DNA of 64,000 nt, from contig OZ316895.1 in NCBI GenBank assembly GCA_973895155.1, positions 4,653,181-4,717,180 on the forward strand, given 5' to 3'. The stretch is from Marsupella aquatica (lineage: Eukaryota > Plantae > Marchantiophyta). Below are positions 1-12,275 of the stretch, in pieces. Made by a program: the position numbers and the translations under genes. Below the pieces are notes generated by a model. It saw nothing but the letters and a program-made list of their open reading frames with translations. It made no database searches and had not been told where the DNA came from. Numbering within the stretch: position 1 is the stretch's first letter; every line of letters begins with the position of its first letter.

Positions 1-3000
1 GGTGTGGAACAGTGATCTGGCTAGTAAGCTCAGCACGTTGTTCAGTGGAGCTGGCCCTACCCTCTTCTTCCCCAAGGTGATTCGGAAGGTTCTCTTCTAC
101 TGGTGAAAATTATGAGATTGTAGACCTCTCTCTACCCTCTCTACCCATGGGAAGCAAGTATAAGATTTCCTTTCCTATCATGTATTTACTTTCTTATTTT
201 ATTTTTTAAGGAGACAGGCTGAACGGAGAACAAGCTGACCCCTACCAGGGAACTCCCAGTCTGCTCTTCTGAGTGTTGTATTTGTGTGCTTGGGAGCTCA
301 GCTCAGTGGTGCTAGTTCTTAGCTACTCACGTGACAATAAGTATTCAAAAGTAATTGCATTGCAAGGTTACTGATCGAGATTGACAAGTGAATCTGAGTC
401 ACTCTTGGAACGCACCAGAAGATCACGCCAGCTATGTCCGTTCTGAGTCAGGGGATCGATGTCAAGATTTGAGCATCCCCATTTGGCAGAACAGTCTGCC
501 GGCTAGATAGTCAGATCTGGTGATTGTTCAAAGGGTCTAGTTGCCACCATAGCCTACATTATTTAAATTCAGGGTGGGTTCAGGGTCCAAGTGATCTAGT
601 CGCCCCTTATAGATTCCATTCAAGTTCAGGGGTTCAGATAATACTACCAGCTAAATAGTCAGTTCTGGTTTAGGTGTAAATAATCTACTCGCCACCAATA
701 GGCCGTCTACCTTTAGGTTCATGGTAGGTTAAGGTTTGAGATGACTACATATGTGTCAGTAGAATAATCTGCAACTGTGAGTATAGTCCAGGCTGCCATG
801 CCTGGTGCTTCAATTCTTCATCATGACCCTTACAACTTTTTGATCGAAACCCTCTTGTCTGCAATCTGGAAAGAGGCTCTCCTATGCCCTGCAGACGTAC
901 GTAGGAACCACGTACCTGTCAGAGAGCACCTTGAAGAAATCAGGTCAATTGAAGCGAGCGAAAGCTCCCCGACTAGATCGTTCAAGCTTTGCAAGCTATA
1001 AATCTAGTCGAGCACATGTGGGGTTGAAGTGGTGAAGTGTAGTGGGCCATCTAGTACGTGTATCAGGTGGGGAATGCTCTTATGCATCACAAGAAGTGAC
1101 GATCTCCATATGGCTGCGGACGGGCTCAGGCTATGTAAGTGTATGCGATGCATGGAAAGCCAGAGTTGTACCACAGCGCCTGGTCTGGTGATATCTCGAG
1201 ATGCTTTGAAAGCGTGGAGAGCCAGAGTTGTCCCACTACGCAATCATGGTGTGGTGAAATCTCGAGTTCCTATGAAAGTGGAGGTTGAGCCAGATGTGGA
1301 CCCAGATGTGGACCCAAAAGCTTCCGGACCTGTAACCCCACCTCAAGTGGAGTACATAAGCCCCCCATTTCCACTTAATAATTTGGGGAAAAGAGACTTG
1401 CTAAATTGGCTAAATTTCAGTTGTTGTGATGGGCTCAAAACATCCATTACTGGCTAAACTTTGTTGAGTTGTTATGATGTGGCCAAACTGCCAACGTCGT
1501 CTTGTCGGGCAGTATTGTACACTGTATTTTAGGAAGTATTGTACATCATTCATTAATATATATTGCCAGATCAAGAGATGTCACTTTCAGTCTATTGTGC
1601 TCACAAACCTTTGGTCATGGAATGAACACTCTAGATCGGTTTTTGGCTTGACCAAGAAAACCCTAAGTGGAGTGCACAAGTCCCCACACACCTGGGAAAA
1701 ATTGAGGAAAAAGGGAGTGCTCGAGGCTCATTATTAATACTGAAGCCTCAGGGTCGGTCTTTGACTTGATTGCCCAAGAAAACTTGGGGCTTCCGTGCAG
1801 GTGGTTCATGTCCAAGTGTGTGCATGCTTAGGGTTCCCAGTCTTATTTGCCTTCGGATTCATTGAAGCATCATTCAGTGATCTGATCTAGTAAGTAGCTT
1901 CGTAGCCTCGTCTCCCATCACCATGGGGCTATGTTGGAAGTTGGAAATTGGGCCTGAATATCCTTGACCCACTCCCCATGCCTGTCCCTACTCACTAGCA
2001 TATTCTATATGTCAAAGATTTGTACAAAGTATATCATGAACTATAGATATGAATTGCAAACTATAGGATAGATTGTTCAACTATTAATTCGAGCTCAACT
2101 ATTACTAGTCACCAATTCCTTTTGGCAGCCATGTTTACGAGGAGAGATCCGGGTCAGTTGGGCTCCTCACCCATATATACTGCAGACACTTCATTGAGTA
2201 CTTTTGGCAGCACTGGCAGCATTCAAGCTTGGAAGTTAATTAAGGTCCAATGTCATTGATGGTTGGCCTCATCCCAGTCCAGGCACAATCCAAAAATTGG
2301 AACCGTTTAGTCAGGATGGCGGGCATTTGCCTGCCACTTTGTCTGAATGGGTATAATTTTAATTTTTGGACAGTGGCATGGGCTGACAACACCATTTTGC
2401 AGTGGACCGCCCTATCTCCCAGAGTGAGGCACCCGCGCATCCAGGTTCATGAAGGGACTGACCCGCTCCCTCACCTGGCCCACCTTTCCAAGCACATGTC
2501 ACACTCACCAAAAACGGCCAGCCACAGAAGTTCAATCAAAATTGAGAGTGCTTGTTGGGGTCATCAATCAATCCGGGTGGGTTGTGTCCCCTAGCTTGTG
2601 GAGTGCAGGACTACCAACCTGGCAAAGAAAAACACTGGGCAGCTAGTGCAGACCGGGGCACTCTGAAGGTTGAAAAAAACTGATTCCACGAGTAGGTCCA
2701 ACTATACCCACTCGGGGCCTGATTGCAGATCAGAGGGAGTCTAGGAACTGATTCTAGGGAGTCCACTTGTACAAAATCACTCGAGTCTCCAGCGAAGCAC
2801 AGTATAGTCCATGCAAGTTCCTCTTGTGGAGTATTTCCTTCTCAACACACACTACCACCTCTCCATATCGACAATGAGTGGATCAGTCCATTCTTTGTAA
2901 ATATTACTGCCCTTAGTTCCCAAAACATTGAAAGAATCCACTTTGCCTATAAGCTTTGGCTCCTTTCCTGGCGCTTCTTTCTTCGATCTTTTGACGGTCT

Positions 3001-3409
3001 CATCTACGAGCTACTTCTAAGTCAGAGGAACAATGGAGGCAAAACTGATTCCTTACAAAACTAAGATCATACTGTCGTCCCTCCAATGATTTCCTTTCCA
3101 TGATCCTTTGTCCCAAGTTTGAACTTTGCAGTCCTTTTCTCGAACAAAGAGCTCCGAGTTCGAACAGAAAGTGATATATGATACTGAATGGAAGGCGAAT
3201 TGTAAATCATGAAAGAACAATCAGCACATTAATTTAGCAATATCGAGAACTAGATACTGACTCGCGCCGACTTTGTAATCGCAAGAATGACAATAGTTGT
3301 TCAAAACTTGACTTGAATCTCATATAATTCGACAACGACGAGCGACCAGCACATTGTAAGTATCATGTCTCTTGTGAGCAATTTATCTACTCGCAAGCCT
3401 GGTTACGTG

Positions 3410-4963
3410 TTATGAGCAGCTAGCCATTGCCATTGCTAACTTCGAAGCTTCGCTGAGCAAAAGATCGATATGGCGCAAAATTTCCTTCGCTTGCTCCGCA
3501 GTTTCCAACTCACCGGCATTTTTCCGCATTGAAAGATGACGTAATTCCAAGCTACGGATTGACATCTTCCATCGGCACAACGACAAAATCTTGTCATCGT
3601 GCCGAGTATGAACAGCATCATCTCTAGCAGCTGTCACCTTCGTGACGATAACTTCAAATCCGTCTTTCCTGTAAGTCTCGGCGTCCTTGTACAGCACATT
3701 CAGAGGATAATAGTGTTTTCCGCAGGGTGAGGGGAGAGGATGCTCCTCTATGTCTAACTTGTGCCAAGCTTCAAACAGCGATCTCTTCGTTTTTGAATCT
3801 AGAGGATCCTCTGTTTCGCGACTTTGAATTCTTAGTTCCACATCAACTCCTTTATGATCATTCAAGAAGGTGAAAAAGGTACGTCGCTTAGAAGCTTTAC
3901 AAAATCTCACCACTGGGTCAAATTGAACCTCATTCCAATTGCTAGAACGATCCAATTCTATGTGGTAACTTTCTTTGCTATCTGGCTCGGCTTCCATATC
4001 AACTAACTCAGCGGATACCATTTGAGTGCAACTCACACGCCGGTAGCCTGAGATATTTAGGAATTGTTTGCCTCTGCGTATGTTCTCAAATGAGGAGTAG
4101 ACACTGAACATCGGGCGAAGCGTCTGGTAGAGGATTTTCTCGTCCATTTGGTCAATGGATAGCTTCCACATATCACCTTTACACAAACTCGTTCCATAAT
4201 ATAAAGTCTTCCCTATCACTAGTCTGACCTTTAGAAGAGCTTGACCCTGTCCAGGAGCCTCTTGTAGCAGTTTGGTTAGAGATGCACTAACATACGAACG
4301 GTAAGCTGTTTTTTCCCAGGAGGCTAACACTAGTGAAGCTCTAGTTTTCTCAAGGCTTTTCCTCCAAATGCTCGGCTTTGTAGGTGGTACAGCAGGAACT
4401 TCTTCCGATGCTGCAAGTGGCTGCACGATGAATGACAAAGCCGCTGCTTCCCCCGAGCTTCTCGAGTGGAAGTAATAATACGTCCTGTCGTCGAAATCCT
4501 CGGGAAAGTGGCGGTACAGAAAGGACCGCAAGTGCTGCGGCATGTGGAGCGAGAGCTTCTCCTCAGAGGCGATTCTCAGAATGAGAGGATCGTTAGGCCG
4601 AGAGTTTGGAATCGTGCCAATGGCGAAGCAAGCATAATGCATCTCGGGAAGCACAGACGCAGCGCAGCTACGCATGTGGAGCCTTTTGATCTGAGCAAGA
4701 ACATCCCCAATGGCGTCTTCCGATCCTTCAACAATGACGGTCTGCTTCTCTTCGTTCTCGAGATCTTCATGCACGCTCACATGTGTGATCCCCGGCATGT
4801 GACCCAACGCGTTGATCGTGCGATGAGCTTTGCCAATGATGTGTCCCACTGCTGAGTCCGGCACCTCGACCTTCGTCTGGTGCCGTGTGGCAGCCTCTTG
4901 AATTTGGAGTAGCGCAAGCGACCTAAAGTCACGCGACACCAGTGCTCCCCGAGGTGTTTCCAT
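3410..4963 (-). CDS. KH-domain protein (517 aa, single exon) with an uncharacterised C-terminal region
   Basis: Uninterrupted 517-codon ATG ORF. N-terminal KVEVPDSAVGHIIGKAHRTINAL...VIVEGSEDAIGDVLAQI matches the type I KH pattern, although the GxxG loop reads GKAH. The rest is not recognised. Confidence 0.75.
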   Translation of the reverse strand: METPRGALVSRDFRSLALLQIQEAATRHQTKVEVPDSAVGHIIGKAHRTINALGHMPGITHVSVHEDLENEEKQTVIVEGSEDAIGDVLAQIKRLHMRSCAASVLPEMHYACFAIGTIPNSRPNDPLILRIASEEKLSLHMPQHLRSFLYRHFPEDFDDRTYYYFHSRSSGEAAALSFIVQPLAASEEVPAVPPTKPSIWRKSLEKTRASLVLASWEKTAYRSYVSASLTKLLQEAPGQGQALLKVRLVIGKTLYYGTSLCKGDMWKLSIDQMDEKILYQTLRPMFSVYSSFENIRRGKQFLNISGYRRVSCTQMVSAELVDMEAEPDSKESYHIELDRSSNWNEVQFDPVVRFCKASKRRTFFTFLNDHKGVDVELRIQSRETEDPLDSKTKRSLFEAWHKLDIEEHPLPSPCGKHYYPLNVLYKDAETYRKDGFEVIVTKVTAARDDAVHTRHDDKILSLCRWKMSIRSLELRHLSMRKNAGELETAEQAKEILRHIDLLLSEASKLAMAMASCS

Positions 4964-5229
4964 GATGTTTTATAATATAAGGTTTGTCATGAAGAGAAAT
5001 TGCTTCCCAACCAAAGAAGACAAAAGTGAACAGTCCGCAAGGCCGATAATCTAGCATTGCAGCATCCGAGGCTCACAGTGGTGGACTGCTCTTTTCAAGA
5101 GAACCAAATGACGACGCACTTCCAGGGATCAACACAAGCTTCAAAGCATGACAACGCTGGCTGGAACCATTCCACTCCATAATTCACAATGGCGAAGCGA
5201 TTAAGCAGCTACGGATGTAAAACATGTTT

Positions 5230-5365
5230 GCAAGAAACGGCAACAAGTCACTTGGGGCATACATGGCGCAAGAAACGGCAACAAGTCACTTGGGGCATAC
5301 ATGGCGCAAGAAACGGCAACAAGTCACTTGGGGCATACATGGCGCAAGAAACGGCAACAAGTCAC
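5230..5365. repeat. Perfect 38-nt tandem repeat, about 3.6 copies
   Basis: GCAAGAAACGGCAACAAGTCACTTGGGGCATACATGGC starts at 5230, 5268, 5306 and (partial) 5344. There are no spacers. Confidence 0.95.
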
Positions 5366-6856
5366 CGAAGACACCAAACATTCCTTTCCTGTTCAATATG
5401 TACAAAAACGCACCACATAGATAGGAACGAGAATGCTTTCCAGAAACAGAACCACTTCTGCTTCACTGTCACAACGAAATTCAACGGGCATGGAGCGTCT
5501 GATGTAGGCACCAACGGAGCGGTGAGGGCAGGTTTTCTTGGAGGAAGTAGCTTATTACAGCTTTGTAGTGCAGACGGTTCAGGCGTCACACGTCGGTACG
5601 TGCCGTCCTCAATTTTGGATAGAGGAGAACTTGAAAGCACAGACGTTAATTCCATTGCGGAACATGCACAGGACTTGTATTCCGCGCAGCCACAGTACTA
5701 CTTCTACTGCAGCGCCGTAGTAGGCTGTCCAACGATCCTCTTACCAAAGCGGACCGCCATGATCGAGAGCGCCGTGAAACATGCTCGATCAGGATTTGGT
5801 CCCAAAACCAGACTCAGCAGCCAAACTATAAAATTCGTTCGGGATCAGCGTACGACACCACACGCCGGGAATTCAAGGAAGAGGAACCCAAAACACAAAT
5901 CGAAATCGTACTCTTTCCATCGTCGCCTTTCGTCGAGATCGTCTTCAATGCGCGTAATGAAGAAAGGGAGAAGGCGGCAAAAAGACGCGTTCAGACAACT
6001 CCAGACGTAATTTCTGTACATTTGCAATTCATGTGATTCATGTACAGTCGCGTCTCACTAATAAGTCCACACCCCATAAGTACAAAACGTGGATAACTGC
6101 AACGCGTGCCGTTCTCCCCTTTTTGGCTATGGAGTTTGAAGTTTTCTGCACTTATTGTAAGTACAATCAGGCCAACTTTTAGTTTTTTTGCTATAAGGAC
6201 TACTGTATAAATGCAATCGCTTGGTAAGTGTATCTGAACACTTATAGATAAGTGACCAATTCCATTGACTTGCACTTACTGACACGTGGCATTTTTGGCA
6301 TAGAGTAAAAATCGCACTTATGGGGTCAGAGATCAAGTTTCTGGCTGGGATCTACAATTTAGGGTAGAAGTCACAAGAATGTTCACCAACAGAGTTGAGG
6401 GTTTAGGGCCCATGGCAGATGGAAGCACTGTAACTCTTATCGATAAATGCACAATTCCTTGTTTCTGCACTGTCTTACCGCCGCCAGCCATATAGAAAGG
6501 GAAGTGTCCAACACTTCTTTCTTTTTCCATATTCCATTCACTCCAGTGCCAGTTTGTTCCATGAATTTAGGAAAAATGACTATTAATGGTGAATTAATGG
6601 TGCAAGTGACAGTTTAAGTGCACACATGATGATTCTTCTCGTGAGTGTGCACTTAGATAGACACTACACCAATAAAGTAATGTTTGGATGGACCTCTCAC
6701 ATGAACCTCTCCCATGAAACAGGCCACCGGTTGACCAGAAAGCTATGAATGTTTTACAATGGAAAAGTGCAATTTGAAAACAAAAAGCTTTACTTGCAGT
6801 CCAGTCCATCTGGGTTGCCATTAGGACATGGTTTGGGTTCATGTGTTCTTCACTTT

Positions 6857-7310
6857 CCACTATACAATAAGACAAAAAAATTCAATAGGCAAAACTGGAT
6901 CCCAAAGGCAGGAAAACCAGTACTAGAGGGAAGAAAACACAGGTAAAACCCAAGAACACCAAGGGAGTCAAAAAGCCCAGGAGTCCCCAAAAGCCCACAT
7001 GCCGCTCCAAAAGAGTGTTCATTAATTTTGAACCGTGCTGCTCACTGCATGTCTGCCACACCTGGTGTGCTTGCATCTGCACCTGCGCCTGCTTCGATCT
7101 CCGCCTGCATGTGTTGCATTTCCTGTTTGGAAATACCATCACTATATAACTGCAAAGGAAAAAAAACACTAGACCGGGAGACTATCCCAAAGGCCAAAAA
7201 CCCAATAAAGGGGGCAAAACAAAGGACAAAAACCAGGAACCCTTAAGAGCCAAGAAGCCAAAGGGCCAAAAAGCCAAAACAGTGAAAGCCCGAACAGCCA
7301 ATTGAAGCCC
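6857..7310 (-). mobile_element. Two short 3'-end copies of a CRE-like non-LTR retroelement family
   Basis: About 6857-7010 and 7135-7310 share the terminus (CAC)TATA..AAAAA..GGATCCCAAAGGC / GACTATCCCAAAGGC..AAAACC with 27110-27250, 49735-49860 and the reverse complement of 47600-47672. Confidence 0.5.
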
Positions 7311-7707
7311 AAATAACAATGGCCCAAAAGCACTACTGAGCTACAGCCTGAAAGGTTGGGTAGAGCTATGGGGTGAACAGCATAGGAGAGTCATGAAGAG
7401 GGATTGGTTGGATCTCCTGTTAGGAAATATTATTACTATATAAGGTCATACTATACAAAAAGTTATTTTTTCAAAGTAGAGCATGACACCATAAACGTTG
7501 TATGTACTGATAAATCAGTGTTTTCATTGATTCAATCAACACATTGAAAATCAATATATTTGAATTTCATTTGATCATTGTTTATTGCTACTGGCCATAT
7601 AAAAGAGTGAATTGTACAAAGAATTCTCTCTTTTTCACTCTCCTCTCCTTCTTCTCCTGTCCCGATCCACTTTTCATGAAAATATGCTATTTATGGTGAA
7701 ACCTGGT

Positions 7708-7968
7708 GTAACAAATGATGGCAAGATTGACAGTACGTCCGATTCAAGCTTGTGAAAACTCCAGATCAGTGACGCAGTGAGGATGATCACAGCCTCCCCC
7801 TTACCCTGCTGTGCATTCAATTTAGCAACCACATGATAATTTGTAACAAATGGTGACAAGGCTAACAGTACCTCCGACTCAAGCTTATGGAACTTCTAGC
7901 TAGATCAGTGACGCAGTGAGGATGATCGCAGCCTCCCTCGACCTTGCTTGCATTATATTTTAGAAACC
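7708..7968. repeat. Diverged tandem duplication, about 135-nt unit x2
   Basis: GTAACAAATG...AGATCAGTGACGCAGTGAGGATGATC...GCCTCCC occurs from 7708 and again from 7843. Confidence 0.85.
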
Positions 7969-10266
7969 AGTCCCGAAACCAATTTCTCAAACCCACGGAG
8001 CTTCAGAACCTCACAAGACTCAATAACGACGTTACTGTCCATCCAAATCCTTAGTCTCAGATCCAGGGAGTGAGCGCAAGGACGATCGAAGAGTCGCTAA
8101 CTGGAAATGCCGCCTCGTTGATTGAACTTCAGTCCGGTTTGCGCTGTTTCATACGAAACTGTTGGCTTGAAGCACGATCGGACCTTTAGAGTGATTTTCC
8201 GAGAACTCGAGACATAATCTGCAAATGTGACTTTAATGATTAGTGTAGCATTTGGAAGTTCCCGAAACTGGACACCGTACTGATTGCAATAATATAGAAT
8301 GATAGTTAGCTCAGCTGAACTGAAAGCTCAATCATTTTATTGAAAAGATCACGTACTTCAAATGTAGCCTCGCCCTTTTCCTTCCCTCGAAAGTGGAAAC
8401 TTAATCGATGAATAAAGTCCATGAGGGCCCCAAAGGACAAACTATGGGTCAGGAAGTGGTCGATGCAGAAGCAACTGTACACTTTGCTTAGCAGTAGGTC
8501 CGAATTTCAAACATTGTTCTCAACTGGCACGAGATCACTAATGTCTCCCATGGCGAAAGAACCATATGAAAACAACTGAAAAGTAGATCGTATCCATTTC
8601 GTGGAACTAGAAAGATATTCGAGTCTAGCTCTAATCAGCAGTCTCTTTTCATAGTTGTATTACTTTCCGATCGGACAGGCATGTTTGCCAATAACGTTGA
8701 ATTTAAGAATCCCGGTTCCTCCTGCCGTCCCCAAATCTTGGTCTCTCCTGTACCCTGCCCAAAAACAAAAGACATTCCCTGTCTGATGGGCCTTGGACAT
8801 CATTTAGGAAATTGTTTCAATTCGTGGTATCCATAGACTCTTCAATTTGGTCGGTTCAATTGCGTTTCCTTTTAAGTTCCATAAAAAAGTTGATCTTCAT
8901 GATTCATTTAAGGTTAATCGTTTCTCTTCAACGCGAGCAGATATTGCGTGCATTTGCTCGCTATCTCCTTCTACTTCGAATTGACTTATGACAACCCTTC
9001 CGCTTCCAATTGACTCGCGAAAGACTTTGGACTCAGTCATTCTCTTCTCATGATCCCGAGAACACACACAGACCGACTGTCCGTCTCAGTTTTCGTCTAC
9101 TACTTAATTAGAATTGAGGCAATTCACGGACAGAGTCAGTTTCCGCTGTTCAACTTTTGCACTGCCTAGTCAACTCCGGATTCGTCTAAAAACTTATATT
9201 CGATGATTGTGTAATTGCTTTTCTTCGGACCTCTTTAGCCCATATTCTCTTACTGTACTAAAAGCGTTTTTGCCCAGTTCATGAGCTTGAAGACCTCTGG
9301 CACTCCAATCAGAACTTCTGAAAGGAAGTAAACTTGTAGAAATCATCACTTACAAAAAAACAATTTGCTCTAGACCCTTCCAATCCACAAAAGGAGGGTT
9401 TGGAGATTGACCAAAGCGAAGAAGCTCTTTAATCTGGGCAGAGTACAATCGAGTTTTTCGTAAAGTGGCAGAAGGTGGGTGAACGAGGTGCGTTCAATCC
9501 GGAAAATTGATGCTTTCCAAAAAGAAACCTTTAATTTGTCAGAGAAGAAACTTTGCATATTTCTGCTTTCAAGCACCAAAACTACTGTACTGAACACTCA
9601 AATCCCACTTGTGTTTCGCAAAGGGAAGCCACTTTACCGAAGAAGTAGGGTCAACAGAGTCCAAATCTACAGCAATAATCGCAAGTCATATATCAAAGAT
9701 TTTTCTATCGCCAAAAACAATCCTAACATCTTCGTAGAGCGAAGAAGATTGGACTTCTCTCTTCTTTGGTTAATTGAGTTGTTAGAGAATCCACAGGAAC
9801 CAAAGCCGGTGGACTGGAGAGATGTTGCCCTTCTGACCAATCTGCAGAAGAGCAACGATTATTTCGGCAGCGAGAGTCTAGATGTTATCGCCAGCAACAC
9901 GCCCAGCTGCTCTTGATCGATACAAACAAATCCAGTCCAGTCTCTAGCTCCGGTTCATCCTAGCTACCCAGCTGCTGCTTGTCAATTGTCCTCTCAAGAT
10001 CCCCTCTGTCAATCCTTGGCAATCTCCCTCCTGTATCGAATTCTGTCCCGATGGCGCTCTGCCAGTTCTTTTCGATATCTCCTGTCAATTGTAACCAACA
10101 TCTTCTCAAATGGCTAGCGCTGCAGCACTGTGTCTGAAGTGCCTTCCTCTCGACAGACTGTACAATTCATGGGGTACTCAGATTTGCATTCGGGCAAGTG
10201 AAGTGAAATTCATCGATACATTCGAAAATCGGTACATTCACTGAATGCTGCAACCTAGTCGGAATC

Positions 10267-11166
10267 ATGATCACATCCGAAGTCTGTTTCGACGAAGGCG
10301 GCTTCATAAACAAGCGAGGCATGCGCCTGAATACTTGTCGGTGGGTTCCAGTGGAGAGGGAAGTGAAAGGGCTGGTTTTTTTGTGTCACGGGTATGGACA
10401 GGAATGCACAATATATTCACAAGAGATCGGTCAGAGGTTGGCCAGGGCGGGCTATAGCGTGTATGGGATCGATTATGAAGGTCATGGGAAGTCAGAAGGC
10501 CTGCGGGGCTTTGTGCCGGACTTCAACACCCTTGTGACAGACTGTGCCACTATTTTTGCAGGCGTCATGGATCTTCAGGAAAATGTCGGGAGGTCCAGCT
10601 TCTTACTCGGCGAATCGATGGGTGGGGCTGTGTCTCTGCTCATCAGCCGGAGGAATCTAGGCTCTCGGCTCCGTGGACTCGTTCTAGTGGCCCCAATGTT
10701 GAAGATATCCGAGGACGTCATGCCTCCAAAGTTACTCGTCTCTTTGTTTATTAATTTGTTTATGCAGCTCGGCAAAGTCATTCCGAAGTGGAAGATAGTG
10801 CCCACCAACGATTTGTACACGAAGGCATTCAAAGACCCGATCAAGCTCGAGAAAATCTGCTCCAACCCGTACATGTACCAGAGCCGTCATCGTGTGAAGA
10901 CAGTGATTGAGTTATTGCTGACAAGCAGTTTCCTTTGGAAGCATTTGTCAGAGGTTTCCTCCCCCTTCTTGTGTGTGCATGGCATGGAGGATGCTGTTAA
11001 CGAGCCGGAGGCCAGCCAGGCGCTTTATGATTCGGCCAGTAGCAGCGACAAGACGCTGAAGTTGTACCAGGGGATGTGGCACGGGCTGCTGGGTGAGCCC
11101 GAAGAGAATGTCAATTTGGTTTTCGAGGACATCACGAAATGGCTTGACGAGCGAGCCCGTGGCTAG
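10267..11166 (+). CDS. Alpha/beta-hydrolase, monoacylglycerol lipase / caffeoyl-shikimate-esterase-like family (299 aa, single exon)
   Basis: Motifs VFLCHGYG, GIDYEGHGKSEG, nucleophile GESMGG, PFLCVHGMED (catalytic Asp) and LYQGMWHGLL (catalytic His). Confidence 0.93.
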   Translation: MITSEVCFDEGGFINKRGMRLNTCRWVPVEREVKGLVFLCHGYGQECTIYSQEIGQRLARAGYSVYGIDYEGHGKSEGLRGFVPDFNTLVTDCATIFAGVMDLQENVGRSSFLLGESMGGAVSLLISRRNLGSRLRGLVLVAPMLKISEDVMPPKLLVSLFINLFMQLGKVIPKWKIVPTNDLYTKAFKDPIKLEKICSNPYMYQSRHRVKTVIELLLTSSFLWKHLSEVSSPFLCVHGMEDAVNEPEASQALYDSASSSDKTLKLYQGMWHGLLGEPEENVNLVFEDITKWLDERARG

Positions 11167-11823
11167 CTGTTGTTTGGGCCTCACTCAGTATAGTTGCTGA
11201 AGTTCCACTGGTTTCTGTTCCTGTGTAATTCTGAGAGGGTGATCAGAGTGATCTCTACAGTTGGACGTCTCCTTGTGTCATTAAAGTTTGTCAATACTTG
11301 TGGGTAGTAAAGACGAGAGGGATCAAGCCGTAAACGCGACCTGATTCCATGGATGCAAATTTGTATCACGATACCCTCTACATTGCCAGATCTTCCTAGC
11401 TGCAGGCACAGGAGTTGGTCCAGATTACATCTTGCATTCAGTGTCCACACCATCTGAACATAGAATATGACCTGAAGAGCGCAAATTCTACTTGCACCCC
11501 GATTCAAGCTCGAATCATTGCAAAGCGAGGAATGCAAATCTAGGATTGCCAGGAACAGCTCTGATTGTAATTTTGAATAAATTAGTCAAAAGGGTGCCAT
11601 ACAGGATCTGGAGATTTGAATTGCGGTTCTCCCATTTTCACTCTCAACGTTTCTTTCAAATATTCAGCACAGTGTTCCCACATCTCAGTTGTAGTTTGTA
11701 ACCGCATATCCACCACCTCAGATGGGGAGATCAAATCTGCAAGGAGCTTGTCCATTGACCACATATCCTGCTAACCTGAACTCTCTCAAAGCTCAGGCTA
11801 ATTTGCCCCCTTTCCCCTCACTC

Positions 11824-11900
11824 AACCAGCTGGCGTTTGTCAGTTGGCCAGGGGATGAGCCTACAACAGAGAGGTCCAGGTTCAAGCCCCCCTTGTGACA
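11824..11900 (+). mobile_element. tRNA-derived SINE head (family also at 30243-30313)
   Basis: AACCAGCTGGCGTTTGTCAGTTGGCCAGGGGATGAGC...GAGAGGTCCAGGTTCAAGCCCC has A-box-like and B-box-like motifs and closely matches the reverse complement of 30243-30313. Confidence 0.6.
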
Positions 11901-12040
11901 GGATACTCTGATCATCTTAATAGAGCAAACAAAAGAAAACAAACTTGAACACACATAGTAAAATGTGTACAGATCTTTATTTTCCGCCTTCTCCATTGAA
12001 GAGAAACGACAGACTTAGAAATGTTCTCTTCAAGAATGCG

Positions 12041-12044
<4 letters not shown>

Positions 12045-12085
<41 letters not shown>
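12045..12085. repeat. (AG)20 microsatellite
   Basis: Direct reading. Confidence 0.97.
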
Positions 12086-12090
<5 letters not shown>

Positions 12091-12230
12091 AATACAAGAG
12101 ATGTGAATCCCTTTCAACGGAACGCACAGAACCCAGCAAATAATGACATGTGGTGAGTTCAACAACTTACACCCGTGGCATAGTACATGAGTGATGTGTA
12201 ACTGGAGAACTCAACAACAGATAGCAGTTG

Positions 12231-12275
12231 ATCACACGAGAAGACAGAGTATCACACGAGAAGACAGAGTATCAC
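12231..12275. repeat. 20-nt tandem duplication
   Basis: ATCACACGAGAAGACAGAGT x2 plus ATCAC. Confidence 0.9.

Noticed and set aside
1-3100. Possible degraded transposon coding region
   Set aside because: Only short ORFs and weak local repeats are present. No gag, RT, integrase or transposase motif was recognised.
5230-5365. 38-nt repeats as a CRISPR array
   Set aside because: The copies are head-to-tail without spacers, the context is eukaryotic, and no cas genes are present.
5189-6010. 273-aa plus-strand ORF as a gene
   Set aside because: It runs through a 38-nt (non-triplet) repeat and has no recognisable motif. It cannot be supported, though it is not excluded.
9370-9916. ORFs upstream of the MAGL gene
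   Set aside because: There are no motifs, the longest has a non-ATG start, and they overlap on both strands. They are probably leader or promoter sequence.
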